From an uncultured Gammaproteobacteria bacterium (lineage in GTDB: Bacteria; Patescibacteriota; Patescibacteriia; Magasanikbacterales; UBA922), in assembly GCA_964592785.1 (NCBI GenBank), contig CAZQHU010000002.1, positions 12,680 through 76,679 on the forward strand: DNA of 64,000 nucleotides, in the 5' to 3' direction. The position numbers and the translations under genes are program-made. Below the pieces are notes generated by a model that was not told where the DNA came from, searched no databases, and saw only the letters and a program-made list of their open reading frames with translations. Of the stretch, positions 20,062 to 30,167 are shown one piece after another; the stretch's first letter is position 1; the number at the start of each line of letters is the position of its first letter.

Positions 20062-20526
20062 GTGTTTGAAATTTTTTACTTAATTATGAATAGTGTTGTA
20101 CTTAAAAAAGCCACTCTCAATGATTATAAAGAAGTTGCTGAAATAGAAAAAATGGCTAGTTCAAAAACATACTCAGCTAGATTAAAGGAAAATGAAATCA
20201 AAAATTTTATTGAAAAAGATTTTGTTTTTCTTATTATACACGATCAAACAACTGTCGGATTAACATCTTTTCAAGTTTTAAAAAATAAAATCGCGCATTG
20301 CAATGGATTGGCTATTTACCCAAAATATAGAAGAAAAGGCTTTGCTAAAAAGGCAATGAATTTATTGCTAAATAAAATGAATAAGTATCAACATGTTGAA
20401 TTGGTTGTTCACCCATATAATAATACCGCGATTACTCTTTATCTCTCTTTGGGTTTTAAAATTACAAAATGGTTAAATAATCACTTTGGGGATAATGAGC
20501 CAAGACTTTTAATGATCAGAAAATAG
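20062..20526 (+). CDS. GNAT-family N-acetyltransferase
   Basis: Acetyl-CoA binding region YRRKGFAKKAMNLLL and the GNAT fold pattern. Confidence 0.75.
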   Translation: MFEIFYLIMNSVVLKKATLNDYKEVAEIEKMASSKTYSARLKENEIKNFIEKDFVFLIIHDQTTVGLTSFQVLKNKIAHCNGLAIYPKYRRKGFAKKAMNLLLNKMNKYQHVELVVHPYNNTAITLYLSLGFKITKWLNNHFGDNEPRLLMIRK

Positions 20527-20528
20527 TT

Positions 20529-21269
20529 ATGGAAATTTTGAGTGTTAAAGTTAACAATATCCAAAAATCTGAAATTCTGAATCAAATTAGACAATTTTTA
20601 AATTCAGATACATCACACAAAATTTTTACTCCTAACCCAGAGATGCTCGTTGATGCAGATAAAGACCAATATTTTAAAGAAATTTTGAATAGTGGTGATT
20701 TGAATGTTTGCGATGGGTTTGGACTTTCACTTGTGAGTGGAATCAAACGCTATCCGGGTGTAGAATTAATGTCAGATATCTGCGCATTGGCAGAAAACGA
20801 AAATAGGAGCGTATATTTACTTGGGAGTGGGAGTGATGAGGTGCTTAAGAAAACAGTGGAGGAATTGAATAAAAAATATCCAAATTTAAAAATTGTCGGC
20901 TATAATAAAGGCCCAGCAATTGGACTACAGACTATAGACCACAGACTACAAATCAACAAAATTGAAAATGAAGAGATTTTGAATGATATTATTATGTCTG
21001 CACCTGATATTCTCTTCGTTGCCTTTGGTCACGTTAAACAAGAAAAGTGGATATATGAAAATTTAAAACACCTGCCTAGCGTAAAAGTCGCTATGGGAGT
21101 AGGTGGAGCTTTTGATTTCATTTCCAAGAAAACCAAACGTGCCCCTTTATTTATGCGTAAAATTGGGTTAGAATGGTTATATCGCTTAATTAAACAGCCG
21201 TGGAGAATTAAACGAATTTGGAAAGCGACGGCGATATTTTTATTTTTATATGTTAGACAAAAGAGGTGA
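20529..21269 (+). CDS. WecB/TagA/CpsF-family glycosyltransferase (N-acetylmannosaminyltransferase-like)
   Basis: FTPNPEMLVDA...YLLGSG...VAFGHVKQEKWIYEN...VAMGVGGAFDFISKKTKRAPLFMRKIGLEWLYRLIKQPWR. Confidence 0.85.
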   Translation: MEILSVKVNNIQKSEILNQIRQFLNSDTSHKIFTPNPEMLVDADKDQYFKEILNSGDLNVCDGFGLSLVSGIKRYPGVELMSDICALAENENRSVYLLGSGSDEVLKKTVEELNKKYPNLKIVGYNKGPAIGLQTIDHRLQINKIENEEILNDIIMSAPDILFVAFGHVKQEKWIYENLKHLPSVKVAMGVGGAFDFISKKTKRAPLFMRKIGLEWLYRLIKQPWRIKRIWKATAIFLFLYVRQKR

Positions 21270-21648
21270 ATGGCCTGTAAGAAAGTATTCGTATATAAGT
21301 GATCTATCTGGTAATTATGGTCCCGATAGACCAGTCGTTGGTTTAACAGCTGAAGGAGAAATTGCCCAGGTTGATGTACCTGAAATTATTTCTGAAGTTT
21401 TTCATCTAATGACTGAAGAGCAAATCGATTTCTATTTTTCAAATTATATATTCAACTCTCCAGAACAAAAAATGTTTGATGCGCTTGGTAATGACACTGG
21501 TGCCAAAATATTAAAAATTAGAGAAAAAGTTAAAACTAACCCAGCAAATTCAAATTTAACACAAGAAGAATCTGATCTTTTAGTTTTTGGTTTCAAAAAT
21601 TATTTACTCACACAAGGTATTCGTTTACCAGAAGAAGATGATATCTAA
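21250..21648 (+). CDS. Hypothetical protein
   Basis: 132-aa ORF with no recognisable domain. Confidence 0.35.
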   Translation: MLDKRGEWPVRKYSYISDLSGNYGPDRPVVGLTAEGEIAQVDVPEIISEVFHLMTEEQIDFYFSNYIFNSPEQKMFDALGNDTGAKILKIREKVKTNPANSNLTQEESDLLVFGFKNYLLTQGIRLPEEDDI

Positions 21649-22423
21649 AATTATGCTTTCAGAAAGAATTAAAAAACATCTTGCTAAACTTCAACAGAAA
21701 AAATTTCGAGCTGAGGAGGAAGAATTCATTATTGAAGGGATAAAAGGAGTGGATGAAGCTTTAAACGCATCTGCCGAAGTTGTGTTACTTGTCATAGAAG
21801 GTAATAGGCGAGACGAACCAGATATTCAAAGCCTTGTTATCAAAGCAGAAGCTAGAGGAGTACCAATAGAATTTTGTGGCCGTAAAGATATTGGTGAAAT
21901 AAAAACTACTGATACTTTCCCTGGTATTTTAGCGATTATCAGGACAAAAGAAATTGAAATTCAAAATTTGATTAGTGAAAAAATAATTTGTTTAGATGGA
22001 ATTAAAGATCCAGGCAATTTGGGGACGATTATTCGTACAGCTGATTGGTTTGGCATTAAAAATATTCTGTTATCAGAGGACTGTGTAGATACCTACAACC
22101 CCAAAGTTGTTCGTAGTACTATGGGTTCGATTTTTCACTGCCAAATAATGGAAAGTCAAAATATAATTAAAGATTTATTATATCTACAAAATCATCATGA
22201 ATACAAAATTTATTCACTAACTATGAACGGTGAAAATTTTGATAAATTGGAAAAAAATAAAAAAGTTGTTTATATTATTGGTAGCGAATCCCACGGTGTG
22301 AGGCCAGAAATTGAAAAAATATCTGATAAACGCTATACTATACACGGTCAAGGTCAAGCAGAGTCACTCAATGCTGCTGTGGCCGCTGGAATTTTAATGA
22401 GTAAAATATATGATAAGAACTAG
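21638..22423 (+). CDS. TrmH/SpoU-family RNA 2'-O-methyltransferase (RlmB-like)
   Basis: SPOUT motifs DGIKDPGNLGTIIRTADWFG, IIGSESHGV and LNAAVAAGI; start chosen at the internal ATG. Confidence 0.85.
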   Translation: MISKIMLSERIKKHLAKLQQKKFRAEEEEFIIEGIKGVDEALNASAEVVLLVIEGNRRDEPDIQSLVIKAEARGVPIEFCGRKDIGEIKTTDTFPGILAIIRTKEIEIQNLISEKIICLDGIKDPGNLGTIIRTADWFGIKNILLSEDCVDTYNPKVVRSTMGSIFHCQIMESQNIIKDLLYLQNHHEYKIYSLTMNGENFDKLEKNKKVVYIIGSESHGVRPEIEKISDKRYTIHGQGQAESLNAAVAAGILMSKIYDKN

Positions 22424-23870
22424 ATTTGCCCCTTCACCAACTGGCTTTGTTCATGTGGGTTCATTACGCACTGCTCTCTATGCTTATTTATTTGCTAAAA
22501 AAAATAAGGGTGCTTTTATTTTACGTATTGAAGATACAGACAGAGAAAGATATGTGGAAGGAGCCATTGAAAATCTTTTGAAATCACTTCATTGGTCAGG
22601 ACTGACAATTGATGAAGGAGTGGATTTTGATTTGAATAATAAAATTGTTCAAAAAGGAGACTGTGGTCCTTATGTTCAATCTGAAAGGCTAACTATATAC
22701 AAAAAACATGCTGAAAAATTGCTAGAAAAAAATCATGCCTATTATTGTTTTTGTTCAAAAGAAAGACTGGAAGAAGTGAAAAAAATTCAAGAATTAAATA
22801 AACAGCCAACTGGTTATGATGGGCATTGTCGTAATCTTCAACCGACTGAAGCCAAAAAAAGAGTTGAGGCAGGGGAGAGTCATGTAATAAGAATGAAAAT
22901 GCCAAAAGAGGGTGTGACCAAATTTAATGATTTGATACGTGGCGAAGTTTCTTTTGAAAATAAATTAGTTGACGACCAAGTAATAATGAAAGCTGATGGT
23001 TATCCTACTTATCATTTGGCGGTTGTAGTAGATGATCATCTCATGGAAATTACTCACGTCATCCGTGGTGAGGAGTGGCTTTCATCTACTCCTAAACATA
23101 TTGAACTTTATAAAATGTTTGGATGGCAAGCTCCTGAATTTGCTCATTTACCTTTACTTTTAAATTCTGACAAGTCAAAACTCTCCAAACGGCAAGGTGA
23201 TGTGGCGGTAGAGGACTATCGTGACAAAGGATATTTAGCACAAGCTTTGGTAAATTTTGTAGCCTTTTTGGGTTGGAATCCTGGAGATGAACGGGAAATA
23301 TTTAGTTTAGAGGAGCTTGTTAAAGAATTTAGTTTGGAAAAAGTTAATAAAGCTGGTGCCGTCTTTAATCTAGAAAAACTGGATTGGTACAATCGAGAAT
23401 ATATGAAAAAAATGAGTGATGAAGAATTAGCTGATTTATGTCAGCCCCTTTTGGAAGAAAAATTTCAAATTTCAAATTTCAAATTTCAAATTGACAAAGT
23501 TGTTGCATTAGAAAAAGAAAGAGCGACAACTTTGGTAGAGCTAGTGGAAAATGTTAGATTTATTTTTGAGCTGACTGATTATGAAGCTGATTTATTGATC
23601 TGGAAAAAGAGTGATGGAGTGAAAACCAGAGAAATTTTGGCTAAATTAAGCGATTTTTTGGCTAAATTAAGCGATTTTTCCAAAGAAAATCTAGAAAAGA
23701 AAATAGGGGAGTGGCTTGTTTCTGAGGGGTTTGGTACTGGTGATGTTCTGTGGCCGATGAGGGTTGCATTATCAGGACAAAAAAATTCTCCGGGGCCATA
23801 CGAAATTGCTGAAGTCTTGGAGAAAGAAGAAACTTTGAAAAGAATTAAAAATGCCATAGCTAAATTGTGA
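22410..23870 (+). CDS. gltX: Glutamyl-tRNA synthetase
   Basis: RFAPSPTGFVHVGSLRTALYAYLFAK...ILRIEDTDRER (HIGH region) and KLSKRQG (KMSKS). Contains internal short tandem repeats. Confidence 0.95.
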   Translation: MIRTRFAPSPTGFVHVGSLRTALYAYLFAKKNKGAFILRIEDTDRERYVEGAIENLLKSLHWSGLTIDEGVDFDLNNKIVQKGDCGPYVQSERLTIYKKHAEKLLEKNHAYYCFCSKERLEEVKKIQELNKQPTGYDGHCRNLQPTEAKKRVEAGESHVIRMKMPKEGVTKFNDLIRGEVSFENKLVDDQVIMKADGYPTYHLAVVVDDHLMEITHVIRGEEWLSSTPKHIELYKMFGWQAPEFAHLPLLLNSDKSKLSKRQGDVAVEDYRDKGYLAQALVNFVAFLGWNPGDEREIFSLEELVKEFSLEKVNKAGAVFNLEKLDWYNREYMKKMSDEELADLCQPLLEEKFQISNFKFQIDKVVALEKERATTLVELVENVRFIFELTDYEADLLIWKKSDGVKTREILAKLSDFLAKLSDFSKENLEKKIGEWLVSEGFGTGDVLWPMRVALSGQKNSPGPYEIAEVLEKEETLKRIKNAIAKL

Positions 23871-23899
23871 ACGGTTTTAAAATATGTTATAATTTAACC

Positions 23900-25117
23900 A
23901 TGAAGAAATTCGTGGTTATTTTATTTTTATTATCAGCCATACTTAGTTGGCCGGTTTTTTATTGTTCAGCGGACAATAGTCTCGAAATAGACAAATTGAA
24001 TCAGGCGATTGCTGAAAAGAAAGAAAAAACCAAACAATTGGAAGCCAGTATTGCTGAATATAAAGAAAAAATAGCTAAAAAACAATTGGAAGCTGTGTCA
24101 TTAAATAATCAAATGTCTATTTTGGACAACCGCATGTCGGCTATTGAATTGGATATCCAAGCAACTACTGAAAAATTAAATTCAATAATGTTGGAAATTG
24201 AAGCGTTAAATTTATCCATACAAGATAAAGAAGAAATAATTAATAAACAAAAAGATTTAGTAGCAGAGCTTTTGCGAACATTACATTATAAAAATGGTAA
24301 AAGTTATATAAAAATTGCTGCTACTTATGAAAATTTTTCTGATTTTTATAACCAAGTTCAATATTTAAAAACAGTGGAAACCGATTTGACTAAAAATGTT
24401 AAAAATTTAAAATTAGCCAAGACTGAATTGGAAAATAAAAAAGATCAAACAGAAGAAAGAAAAATTGCTTATGAAGATGTTAAGCAAGATTTACAGGCCA
24501 AAAAGGAAGAATTACAGGCCCAAGTAAATGTTAAACAAAATTTATTAATAAAAACACGTTCTTCAGAAGCTGCTTTTAAAACAGTTCTTAGTAATTTAAA
24601 AACTCAATACCAACAAATTGAAGGAGAAATTACTGGAATAGAACAGGAAGTTCGTAAAAAATTGGCTGAACAAAATAAACTTGAATCTTTGTCCACGGAC
24701 GATGACGCTTTTGGTTGGCCTGTTCCCAGTCATTACATCACTTCAGGTTTTCGGGATCCGGATTATCCTTATCGTAATGTTTTTGAGCATACTGGTATTG
24801 ATATTCGCGCCAGTCAAGGGACTGCTGTACGCGCCGTAGCTTCTGGCTATGTAGGTATTGCTAAACGTTGTTCTTTGGCTTCTTGTTATAGTTATGTTAT
24901 GTTGATTCATAGTAGTGGTTTGGCCACTGTCTATGGACATCTTAATAAAATAACTGTAAATGATGATCAATTTGTCACCAGAGGAGATGTGATAGGCTAT
25001 AGTGGTGGCACACCAGGAACAGCCGGGGCTGGTCCATTTGTGACAGGTCCGCATCTGCATTTGGAGGTAAGAAAAAATGGTATCCCAGTAAATCCATTGA
25101 ATTATTTGGCCCAATAA
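23900..25117 (+). CDS. M23-family peptidoglycan metalloendopeptidase with an N-terminal coiled-coil (EnvC-like)
   Basis: Signal/TM MKKFVVILFLLSAIL, a long coiled-coil region, and the C-terminal M23 motifs HTGIDIRA and GPHLHLEV. Confidence 0.85.
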   Translation: MKKFVVILFLLSAILSWPVFYCSADNSLEIDKLNQAIAEKKEKTKQLEASIAEYKEKIAKKQLEAVSLNNQMSILDNRMSAIELDIQATTEKLNSIMLEIEALNLSIQDKEEIINKQKDLVAELLRTLHYKNGKSYIKIAATYENFSDFYNQVQYLKTVETDLTKNVKNLKLAKTELENKKDQTEERKIAYEDVKQDLQAKKEELQAQVNVKQNLLIKTRSSEAAFKTVLSNLKTQYQQIEGEITGIEQEVRKKLAEQNKLESLSTDDDAFGWPVPSHYITSGFRDPDYPYRNVFEHTGIDIRASQGTAVRAVASGYVGIAKRCSLASCYSYVMLIHSSGLATVYGHLNKITVNDDQFVTRGDVIGYSGGTPGTAGAGPFVTGPHLHLEVRKNGIPVNPLNYLAQ

Positions 25118-25142
25118 GAAAATAAAAAATATATAAAATTAA

Positions 25143-25172
25143 AACAACCCCTGTTAAATGGAGGTTGTTTTT
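25143..25172 (+). terminator. Intrinsic terminator after the M23 peptidase gene
   Basis: aacaacccctgttaaatggaggttgtt followed by ttttt. Confidence 0.7.
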
Positions 25173-25289
25173 AATTGTTTTGGAGGATGAAGAATTGTCT
25201 TACCTTGGTATATAGTGTCGTATAAGATATATTGTGCGACATCATATACTATGAGCAGGCAGAGCTTTTATCTCTCTTCCCTATCATTA

Positions 25290-26297
25290 TTACTGCCAAA
25301 AAATTCTTCCTGGAAATCTTAAATCAATATAATTTAAATTATTAATATCTATTTTTTTATTTTGTAATAAATATTGTAAAGAATTATATTGAATTTCCAA
25401 ATCTTTTTCCAAATTGATTTTCAAAAGCCAGCCATCCCCTGTGTGAATTATCCCCTCTCCCCGATCATTGTCCAAAAAGACATAATTAAATTTAATATTA
25501 GTTGATTTATTTAAAAAATTAAACCATTGAATAATTCCACTGGCTAATTCTTTTGGTAAAATTGGGGTATTAACATTCAATTCTAAACCACGTGAATCAT
25601 AAACGATCGGATAATCGCCAAATTCCAAAATCAAATTTTTGACAGGTGGTGAATGTTTCTGGCTGATAATTTTTTCTTCAGTTAATTCTTGGCCCAACTC
25701 ATTGGTCGAAGTGACAGTGATTTTTTCTCTTTGCCACTCATCTTCACCAACCAGACGCAGTGTTTCCAAGAATAACCCGTCTGCGCCTAAATAACTGTAA
25801 TTTTTGCCATTATCATAAATCAAAGTAGAAACTTTTTCTTGTACTACAAATAATATATCATGAGGGAAAGACTTATCAATGACTATGTTTTCAAAAGAAA
25901 ATCTTTGATTCAGGATATACTGGAGTTCTTTTTCGTTTATTAAAAAATAATTATTTCCAGGAAAAATTAAAAAGCGCTGGCAATTTATGACACCCTGAAC
26001 CGCACTTTTGAATTCTTGTTCATTGATTCTTTGTAGACCAGTTACTTTTATTGAACTAATATGGAAATAGGGGTGGTATATAAGAAAACTTAAAGTTAAA
26101 ATAAACAATAAAAATAAAATTATCAAACGGAATTTTACTTTCCAATTAGTCCTTTCTTTCTTATAAGGATTAACTTTTCTTTCATGCCAATCAAAATCTC
26201 TAGGTAAGGCATCTTTTTCAAAAACAAAACCAGTTGCTTTCTTAAAAGCCCTGCCTAATTTTCTTTTTTGTTTGTAGGGATTAAAAATTTTACCCAC
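25290..26297 (-). CDS. ftsQ: Cell division protein FtsQ/DivIB-like (POTRA domain)
   Basis: Basic N-terminus, single TM helix (LIILFLLFILTLSFLIY), then a POTRA-like region ISSIKVTGLQRINEQEF. Confidence 0.5.
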   Translation of the reverse strand: MGKIFNPYKQKRKLGRAFKKATGFVFEKDALPRDFDWHERKVNPYKKERTNWKVKFRLIILFLLFILTLSFLIYHPYFHISSIKVTGLQRINEQEFKSAVQGVINCQRFLIFPGNNYFLINEKELQYILNQRFSFENIVIDKSFPHDILFVVQEKVSTLIYDNGKNYSYLGADGLFLETLRLVGEDEWQREKITVTSTNELGQELTEEKIISQKHSPPVKNLILEFGDYPIVYDSRGLELNVNTPILPKELASGIIQWFNFLNKSTNIKFNYVFLDNDRGEGIIHTGDGWLLKINLEKDLEIQYNSLQYLLQNKKIDINNLNYIDLRFPGRIFWQ

Positions 26298-26306
26298 ATT
26301 TTTTAT

Positions 26307-27335
26307 TTAAGCATTGAATCCCCTTTTTTCTTTTCTAATCATCTCTATCAACCAATTAAACCAATAATTTTTACTGACAAGCAAATCTTGACAATGCAAA
26401 AGATTTTTTTGGGCTCCACCAAAACCTTTTTTGAAATGAGTAATCCCATAAAAAGGATGGGAGAAATGTGCTCCTTCGGGGGCAATGCCCCAAAAATTAT
26501 ACCATTTACAACCACGTTCTTTGGCTTCTTTTATAGCTTCCCATTGCAATAAATAAGATGTGGGGATTTTTTTATCACTACCTAGAGAGGCTCCATGGCG
26601 ATATGCTGCCATATTTCCGTAATACATGATCACTGCCGAAGAATCTAGAGTGCCATCTGCTAAATAAGCATGCAAAACCAGGGCTTGATTGTTTTTTGAA
26701 AAAGCGAAAAATTCTTTATTTACATAGTTTTTTGAAAAACGATGAAAATTGTGACGTTCGGCTGTGATATCATGCAATTTATTAAAATCTTCTAGAGCAG
26801 TATCATAGTTAAATTTTTTTACTTCAACTTTTTCTCTTTCGCAACGGTGTATCAAATTACGGTGGTTTTTGTTCATGCCCATAAGCAAATCGTGGTGAGA
26901 AACATCTAAATTCAAAATCCAAGTTGTTTCGGCCAAGATGTGCATGGGTGCTGATCGATAGCCTGCTTCTCTGAAGATCCTCTTATTTTCTTGGTCATCA
27001 TTTAAAAAAGGACTAACTCTAACAAAATCATATTTATTTTTTTTGGCAAAATTAAATAAATTATTTGTTAATAATTTTAAACTTTCCAATTTTTTATCTA
27101 GGGGTAAAATCGGCCCGTAAGGCAGAAACAAAAAATTTCCTCGTTTAGCGTGCACTGAAACTACTAAAGAACCCCCAATCAAAATATTTTTTTCATAAAT
27201 ACCAAAAAGCCAAAAATCTTCATTTATTGATTTGTAAAATTCTCCATAGCTGGCAGATTGCATGAATAGAGTGTAAGGTTGGGATAAAACAAAATCTTCC
27301 CATTCAGCAAAATTGGTAATAATTTTAATTTCCAT
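26307..27335 (-). CDS. FemAB-family peptidoglycan peptide-bridge aminoacyltransferase-like protein
   Basis: 342-aa GNAT-like duplicated fold and a FemABX-like pattern; it neighbours Mur ligase and aminotransferase genes. Confidence 0.5.
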   Translation of the reverse strand: MEIKIITNFAEWEDFVLSQPYTLFMQSASYGEFYKSINEDFWLFGIYEKNILIGGSLVVSVHAKRGNFLFLPYGPILPLDKKLESLKLLTNNLFNFAKKNKYDFVRVSPFLNDDQENKRIFREAGYRSAPMHILAETTWILNLDVSHHDLLMGMNKNHRNLIHRCEREKVEVKKFNYDTALEDFNKLHDITAERHNFHRFSKNYVNKEFFAFSKNNQALVLHAYLADGTLDSSAVIMYYGNMAAYRHGASLGSDKKIPTSYLLQWEAIKEAKERGCKWYNFWGIAPEGAHFSHPFYGITHFKKGFGGAQKNLLHCQDLLVSKNYWFNWLIEMIRKEKRGFNA

Positions 27336-28572
27336 AATTATTAATAATATCTACAATTTTTTGGGCATCCAGTAGTGTGATTTGTCTATCTGTTGGTAAA
27401 TTAATTGATTTGAGGGCCAAATTTTCATCATTGGGACAAGTGCCTTTTTGATAATCAAAAATTGTCAAATCAACATCTTTGGGGGCGACTGGGGCATCAT
27501 ACCAATTCCCCAAAATAATTCCATTTTTTTTGGCCAAGACATGCAGTTTTTTAGGATTTTCTACCAAAATATTATAGCGAAGCCAAATCGTTTCATTATT
27601 CCATTCTGGTTTAATGATTATTGGGTTATTAATTTTTTCTTCATAAAAATGGGCTATGGTTTTTTGATGTTTGATAACTTCTGAAAGATCCAAAAATTGA
27701 TTTAACAAAATATTTGCCAAAGAATTGGCTAGTTTAGCAGGATAAAATACAACAGGCAGACCAAATTTTTCAGGAGTATAGATTATTTTATTATAAATAT
27801 TAAAATATTTTGCTAGAGCCAAGAGCCACTTACCTATTCCTAAATTGTAAATTGGTTTGGCTAAATAAAAAATAGGATAATGCAAAAGATGTTGTATGGT
27901 TTTTCCTAATTTGGGAAATGATAAATTTTTTTGATAATTTTTAATTTTCTCAAACAATACAAGATCAGCTGTAAGTAGTGCTCCACCGCGTACACAAGAA
28001 AGTATTTTATCACTGCCAAAACTTAACATCCCAATATCGCCCATGGTGCCGGTCAATTTTTCTTGGTATTTAGCACCGAGTGAATGTGCACAATCTTCGA
28101 TTATTTTCAAATTGCTTTTTCTAGCCACAGAAATCAATTGTTCCAAATTTGCTGGTCGGCCAAAAGTGTGTTGAACAATTAAAGCTTTAGTTTTATTGGT
28201 TATTTTTTTTGATAAATCCTCCACTGACATATTACAATCATCTTTTACATCAACATAAATCGGTTTGGCTCCGGTCCATTTAATGGCATTGATAACCACC
28301 AAACAAGTATAAGATTGAACCAAAACCTCATCGTCTTCTCCAATTTCTAGGGCTTTTAGAGCAAAATAAAGAGCACTGCGTCCGCTATCAAAAGCAATAG
28401 CTGGAATGCCAAAGTATCTTTGTAGCCAATTTTCGACTTCTGATATTTTGGTTCCAACTATTATTTTTTTCCAGTTCCAGGGGAAAATCAAAAAACTAAA
28501 AGCAAGTTTTACATCGCGTTTAGTGAGATTTGGTGAAAAACCTGTAAAAATTGGTTTTTTAAAAAATTTCAT
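27325..28572 (-). CDS. DegT/DnrJ/EryC1/StrS-family PLP-dependent sugar aminotransferase
   Basis: SGRSALYFALKAL...HTFGRPANL...SFGSDKILS (the PLP-lysine region). Confidence 0.8.
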   Translation of the reverse strand: MKFFKKPIFTGFSPNLTKRDVKLAFSFLIFPWNWKKIIVGTKISEVENWLQRYFGIPAIAFDSGRSALYFALKALEIGEDDEVLVQSYTCLVVINAIKWTGAKPIYVDVKDDCNMSVEDLSKKITNKTKALIVQHTFGRPANLEQLISVARKSNLKIIEDCAHSLGAKYQEKLTGTMGDIGMLSFGSDKILSCVRGGALLTADLVLFEKIKNYQKNLSFPKLGKTIQHLLHYPIFYLAKPIYNLGIGKWLLALAKYFNIYNKIIYTPEKFGLPVVFYPAKLANSLANILLNQFLDLSEVIKHQKTIAHFYEEKINNPIIIKPEWNNETIWLRYNILVENPKKLHVLAKKNGIILGNWYDAPVAPKDVDLTIFDYQKGTCPNDENLALKSINLPTDRQITLLDAQKIVDIINNYGN

Positions 28573-30167
28573 ACTACACTTTTTTTACCAGTCAATTCGT
28601 AATAAACGTTTTCAGGCAAACGATTTTCTAATAAAATCACTGTTTTGGTATTTTTTAAAGATTTGAGATAATTGAGTAATTCTCTATTTTCAAAAATGAA
28701 ATTAACTTTGGTATTGAACCTATCGCCTACTCCCTCTGCCAAGGCCAAAGCTTGATCTTTGTTTATAATTATTAATTCTTCGGCTACCAGAGAGATTTCT
28801 TCCCCGATTGATCTATGTATTTCAAAACTTTTTTCTCCTAGTTCCAACATGCCTCTAGTCACAATCACTCGTCGGTATTCAGAGGGAAAAGTTTTTAATA
28901 CATCCAAAACAGCCAAAAAACCATTGGGATTGGAATTGTAGCTGTCGTCCAAAACTTTGGCTTGGCCATATTCATAAATTTGCAGTGATCCTTCTGGTAA
29001 TTTTAAAGTTAAACAACGTTCTCTAACTTGTTGGCGAGTCATACCTAGAAATTTTCCTATTAAAAAGCAGGGAGCAATATTCATAAAATTATGTTCTCCT
29101 ATAATTGGTACATCGACCTGCCCCAATTCTCCATCCATGTAACCAACACAATGAATTCCTTGATCGGTACGCTTTACATCTTTGATTAAAAAATCAGGTT
29201 TGTTTTCTTCCTTCGCACCAAAGGTCCAAACTGGAGATTTAAGTTCATTTACAAATTCCATACACAGCTGATTGTCAGCATTGGTAACTGCCAATCCATC
29301 TGGAGGTAAAGATCGCAATAATTCGTATTTTGTTTCTTGAGTTTTTTTGATATTTCCAAAAAGAGAAAGATGTTGCTCGTTGATAGCTGTCAAAATTCCT
29401 ATTTTGGGGTGAACAATATTGCAAATTCTTTTTATTTCACCTATACAATAAGCCCCCATTTCCACTATAAAAATTTCAGCATGAGAAAAATCGGCACGAA
29501 GAATAAATTTGGCCACACCAATTTCAGTATTAACATGCTTTGGTGTCATTACTGTTTTAAATTTACCCTGTAAAATATGATGGAGAAAAGTTTTGGTGGT
29601 GGTCTTGCCATAACTACCAGTAATTCCTATTACTATCAAATTGGGATAATGACTTATTTTTTTGGTTGCCTTTTTTATGATCCAGTGTTTGACCAAATCT
29701 GTTAATTTATTAACCAAGAAAACAATGAAAGCTAAAATAAAAAATCGTAAAATTAGTAACATTAGAGGTAGTGTCCACTCTTTTGTAAAAACAAAAAGTC
29801 CACCTTCAAAAACTAGAGCAATAAATACTATTAAAATAGCTTTGGCTGTGAGTACTGGATGAGATAATCTGTGATATAAAAATTTATATAAATTATATAA
29901 AAAATCCAAGCTAAAAATTCCTAATAAAAGATATTTTATAGTTGGAATATCATTAATTGGCCAGAAAAAAATAATTATCGCCAAAGAAGATCGCCAAAAT
30001 AAAGAATATTTCAAAAAAAAGACTTTGCCTTGTTGAGTAGAAAGAAAATCTCTAAAACGATCCAAACGATATTCTTTTAATTGCCAGAGATAACAAAAAT
30101 CAAGGTAATCCACTACAGCACTCAAAAACCATAAGCTGGCGATAATTATATTAATTGGTGAAATCAT
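28569..30167 (-). CDS. Mur ligase family protein (MurF-like) fused to an N-terminal polytopic membrane domain of about 170 aa
   Basis: GITGSYGKTTTK P-loop, a Mur ligase middle domain and a C-domain; the N-terminal 170 aa hold 5-6 TM helices. Confidence 0.7.
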   Translation of the reverse strand: MISPINIIIASLWFLSAVVDYLDFCYLWQLKEYRLDRFRDFLSTQQGKVFFLKYSLFWRSSLAIIIFFWPINDIPTIKYLLLGIFSLDFLYNLYKFLYHRLSHPVLTAKAILIVFIALVFEGGLFVFTKEWTLPLMLLILRFFILAFIVFLVNKLTDLVKHWIIKKATKKISHYPNLIVIGITGSYGKTTTKTFLHHILQGKFKTVMTPKHVNTEIGVAKFILRADFSHAEIFIVEMGAYCIGEIKRICNIVHPKIGILTAINEQHLSLFGNIKKTQETKYELLRSLPPDGLAVTNADNQLCMEFVNELKSPVWTFGAKEENKPDFLIKDVKRTDQGIHCVGYMDGELGQVDVPIIGEHNFMNIAPCFLIGKFLGMTRQQVRERCLTLKLPEGSLQIYEYGQAKVLDDSYNSNPNGFLAVLDVLKTFPSEYRRVIVTRGMLELGEKSFEIHRSIGEEISLVAEELIIINKDQALALAEGVGDRFNTKVNFIFENRELLNYLKSLKNTKTVILLENRLPENVYYELTGKKSVV

